The position numbers and the translations under genes are program-made. A stretch of DNA of 64,000 bases from Candidatus Bathyarchaeota archaeon. Its GTDB lineage: Archaea > Thermoproteota > Bathyarchaeia > Bathyarchaeales > Bathycorpusculaceae. Below the pieces are notes generated by a model. The model made no database searches. It was not told the DNA's origin and saw only the letters and a list, made by a program, of their open reading frames with translations. The stretch lies in the NCBI GenBank assembly GCA_963733095.1, contig CAVTBV010000004.1:20550-84549 (forward strand). The letters run 5' to 3'. Of this stretch, positions 61,518 through 64,000 are shown piece by piece (the stretch's first letter is position 1; every line of letters begins with the position of its first letter).

Positions 61518-62819
61518 TTATTCAATTTTACTATGTCTGTACCTCAAGATAGCGGCGAAGCCTCCTAAGGCTGTGAGCTTGGCTTTTTCCGTCGACTCTG
61601 TCGATATCACCTCAACCCTTGCGTCTGTCTGCGAAGCCAAATCCTCCAGAACATCAATTATGTCCTTCTCCTCCACTTCATAATCAACCGCATTGCACCT
61701 CGAACATGGACTCGAAATCATATCCCGCGTTGCTTGAACCTTCTGCTCGTTATGCAAAATTTTCGACTTTGATAATCTGCATTTTTTGCACAATAGAACA
61801 ACTTGAATCATTTCTGTAGTGTCCGCCACTAATGCAACTTCCACTTCACCATTCTTAAGAGCCGCCAAAACCACATCTAAACCGTAAGTAGCTAAATTGT
61901 CTTGTTTGCCCAGATAAGTCAAAAGCCGTTGCACAATCAATCTTTCCTCAGGTGCACACATGTTCTTGATGGTCTCGGATGATTTGTCAAGAACCTCTTT
62001 CACTCCTTCTTTGTCGGCGGATTGTGTATCAACCGTGCTAACTAGGGCATTTTGGAGTTCATAATGAAGATAATCACCCTTTAGAAAATCCTCTTTGGTT
62101 AGCCCCGGTCCCCCAACTGTCAACGCCGTAACTTTGTGTTTTTCAAGAAACGCTTTTGCAGAATGCTCTGCAACTCGGTGGAAATAGTTTGTGAGCGCCA
62201 TATCGCGTTCTCTTTCATACCTTCGTTGGCTTGACCCGCCCTTTCCAGACTTGCCATGAATCCCCGAAGTAATATTCTCAAGAATTTCAAGGCGTTCACC
62301 ATTGAGAACCCCAAAGCTTGCCTCCTTTGAATCCAAAACAATTACCCCAACAACTTTTTGGTTTCTCAGCATTTCTCTTATAGGCTCTAACCGAAAATGG
62401 TTGTCAACTTCGTAGAGGTATGCGGTAATCGGTTCTGGTGGAGCGAGCTCTTCAACGTATAAAACTTCGTTTTCCGAGTTGTTAGGAGCGAAAGTCCCAG
62501 CAAATAAGGCAATTCCATTCTCAGGGATTTGATTCTGTAGTTTCAGTCGTTGGATAATATTCTTGAGAGCATCTTGCAGATGGTCTCTGATGTTCCTTGC
62601 GTTCTCGTACTTTGAGGTTGCCTCTTCGGATTCATCCTTTAGGTTTGCAACTACTTTGTCCAGCGATGAGTCTCGTGGTATGTAGAGCGAGATAAACTCC
62701 ATGCCCTTGCCCTCTTTGTCGGATAACCATGCCACGAGCTTTCTTAGTTTGTGCTGCTTCACTGAATTTGTGGTTGCCATCTGACATCCATGAAAATGTG
62801 TTGAAACCAAATTCGACAC
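61518..62819 (-). CDS. aRF1/eRF1 paralog with atypical motifs
   Basis: G.G.EFISLYIP, PENG.ALF.G, GGPG.TK.DF, YG, CxxC/CxxC insertion and LGGFAAILRY; GGSSQ replaces GGQS. Confidence 0.9.
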   Translation of the reverse strand: MSNLVSTHFHGCQMATTNSVKQHKLRKLVAWLSDKEGKGMEFISLYIPRDSSLDKVVANLKDESEEATSKYENARNIRDHLQDALKNIIQRLKLQNQIPENGIALFAGTFAPNNSENEVLYVEELAPPEPITAYLYEVDNHFRLEPIREMLRNQKVVGVIVLDSKEASFGVLNGERLEILENITSGIHGKSGKGGSSQRRYERERDMALTNYFHRVAEHSAKAFLEKHKVTALTVGGPGLTKEDFLKGDYLHYELQNALVSTVDTQSADKEGVKEVLDKSSETIKNMCAPEERLIVQRLLTYLGKQDNLATYGLDVVLAALKNGEVEVALVADTTEMIQVVLLCKKCRLSKSKILHNEQKVQATRDMISSPCSRCNAVDYEVEEKDIIDVLEDLASQTDARVEVISTESTEKAKLTALGGFAAILRYRHSKIE

Positions 62820-62898
62820 CTTAACGTTCAGTTACGGGGAATACTAATTTATAGAGTTTCTCAATAAGGGTATTTGTTTGGCAAGAGGAAATATTTTG

Positions 62899-64000
62899 AT
62901 GAAGAGAACAAAGATAATATGCACTATGGGTCCTGCTTGTTCTTCAAAGCAAGCTATCAAAAAAATGTTTCATGCAGGCATGAACGGTGCAAGGATAAAC
63001 ACTGCCTATGGAAATCTTGCCCAATATCAAACTGTTATAGAAACGGTGCGGGAAATTGCCGAAATCCCCATCCTTATTGACATTAAAGGGCCCGAAATCA
63101 GAATCAAAGCATCACAAAGAAAAATCTTGCAAAAAGGCGACACCTTGGAAGTGGGGTTTGACGGCGAAGCTGTCTGTTTCAATCACGATTTTTACGATAA
63201 AATGCAGGTTAATGATGAAATCTACATTGACAACGGAAAAATCAGAACCCGCGTAGTTGAAAAGAAAGACCGAAAACTTTTGCTTCTAACCCTAACCAAC
63301 GGTGTGGTAGAGGATGGAAAAGGAGTCAACGTTCCCAATAAGTCCCTTGCAGTTCCAACTTTTCCTGAAAAAGACCTTGAAATCATAAAGTTTGCAAAAA
63401 AACACGACGTCGAATACGTTGCCCTTTCATTTACAAGAAATGCACAGGATGTAAGAAACCTCTCTGAAACCAACAGCTTTAAGGGAGGAATAATCGCAAA
63501 GATCGAGAATTCTGAAGGCGTGCAGAATGTCGAAGAAATTTTGGATGCTTCCAGTGGGTTAATGGTTGCAAGGGGCGACTTAGGTGTTGAGATTGAACCT
63601 GAAAGAGTGCCTTTAGTTCAGAAATCACTCATCAAATTGTGTAATCAAAAGGGTAAGCTCGTCGTTACGGCGACAGAGATGCTTGAATCTATGATTAATC
63701 AACCTAACCCAACTAGAGCTGAGGTAAGCGATGTTGCAAATGCCATACTTGACGGCTCAGATGCAATAATGCTTTCAGGCGAAACAGCGGTCGGTCAATA
63801 TCCATTGGGTGCTGTTGAGATGATGACGCGTATTGCAAATGAAACAGAGAAGGCGGTCAAGAGCAACGTTGAAGACACATCCTTCATCAACATTTCTGAC
63901 ACTGTAAGCCGAGCAATCCAGAGGATAAGCCAAAGCATGCCGGTTCACAAAGTTATTCCCCTAACACGCTCAGGATACACACCCCGAATGATAGCCCGCT
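62899..64000 (+). CDS. pyk: Pyruvate kinase (runs off the window end)
   Basis: TKIICTMGP, DIKGPEIR, KGVNVP, AKIE, MVARGDLG, PTRAEVSDVANA and MLSGET. Confidence 0.95.
   Translation, partial: MKRTKIICTMGPACSSKQAIKKMFHAGMNGARINTAYGNLAQYQTVIETVREIAEIPILIDIKGPEIRIKASQRKILQKGDTLEVGFDGEAVCFNHDFYDKMQVNDEIYIDNGKIRTRVVEKKDRKLLLLTLTNGVVEDGKGVNVPNKSLAVPTFPEKDLEIIKFAKKHDVEYVALSFTRNAQDVRNLSETNSFKGGIIAKIENSEGVQNVEEILDASSGLMVARGDLGVEIEPERVPLVQKSLIKLCNQKGKLVVTATEMLESMINQPNPTRAEVSDVANAILDGSDAIMLSGETAVGQYPLGAVEMMTRIANETEKAVKSNVEDTSFINISDTVSRAIQRISQSMPVHKVIPLTRSGYTPRMIAR

Noticed and set aside
62899-63110. Pyruvate kinase RINTAYG variant of RLNFSHG
   Set aside because: The other catalytic motifs are intact, so this is probably lineage variation.

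Overview
Archaeal chromosomal segment; gene content, frequent TTG starts and GGTGA/GGAGG ribosome-binding sites are most consistent with Bathyarchaeia (inference). It carries housekeeping and repair genes (radA, SSB, Rqc2/NEMF, family-4 UDG, dinB, uvrB, uvrA, metG, tyrS, pncB, partial pyk, tRNA-His), a glucosylglycerate-type compatible-solute cluster at the left end, and several envelope-modifying genes. A decayed zone near tRNA-His contains a frameshifted DDE transposase and other gene remnants. Four signals stand out. (1) A clear TPP riboswitch directly upstream of a thiT plus AIR-synthase-family operon. (2) A thiolase homolog lacking all canonical catalytic residues, paired with a DUF35-HMG-CoA synthase fusion. 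(3) A CysRS paralog with a remodelled Zn/cysteine pocket and no anticodon-binding C-terminus, coupled to a peroxiredoxin. (4) An aRF1 paralog in which GGQ is replaced by GGSSQ and the NIKS and YxCxxxF motifs are lost. All calls come from motif recognition by eye; no database searches were run.
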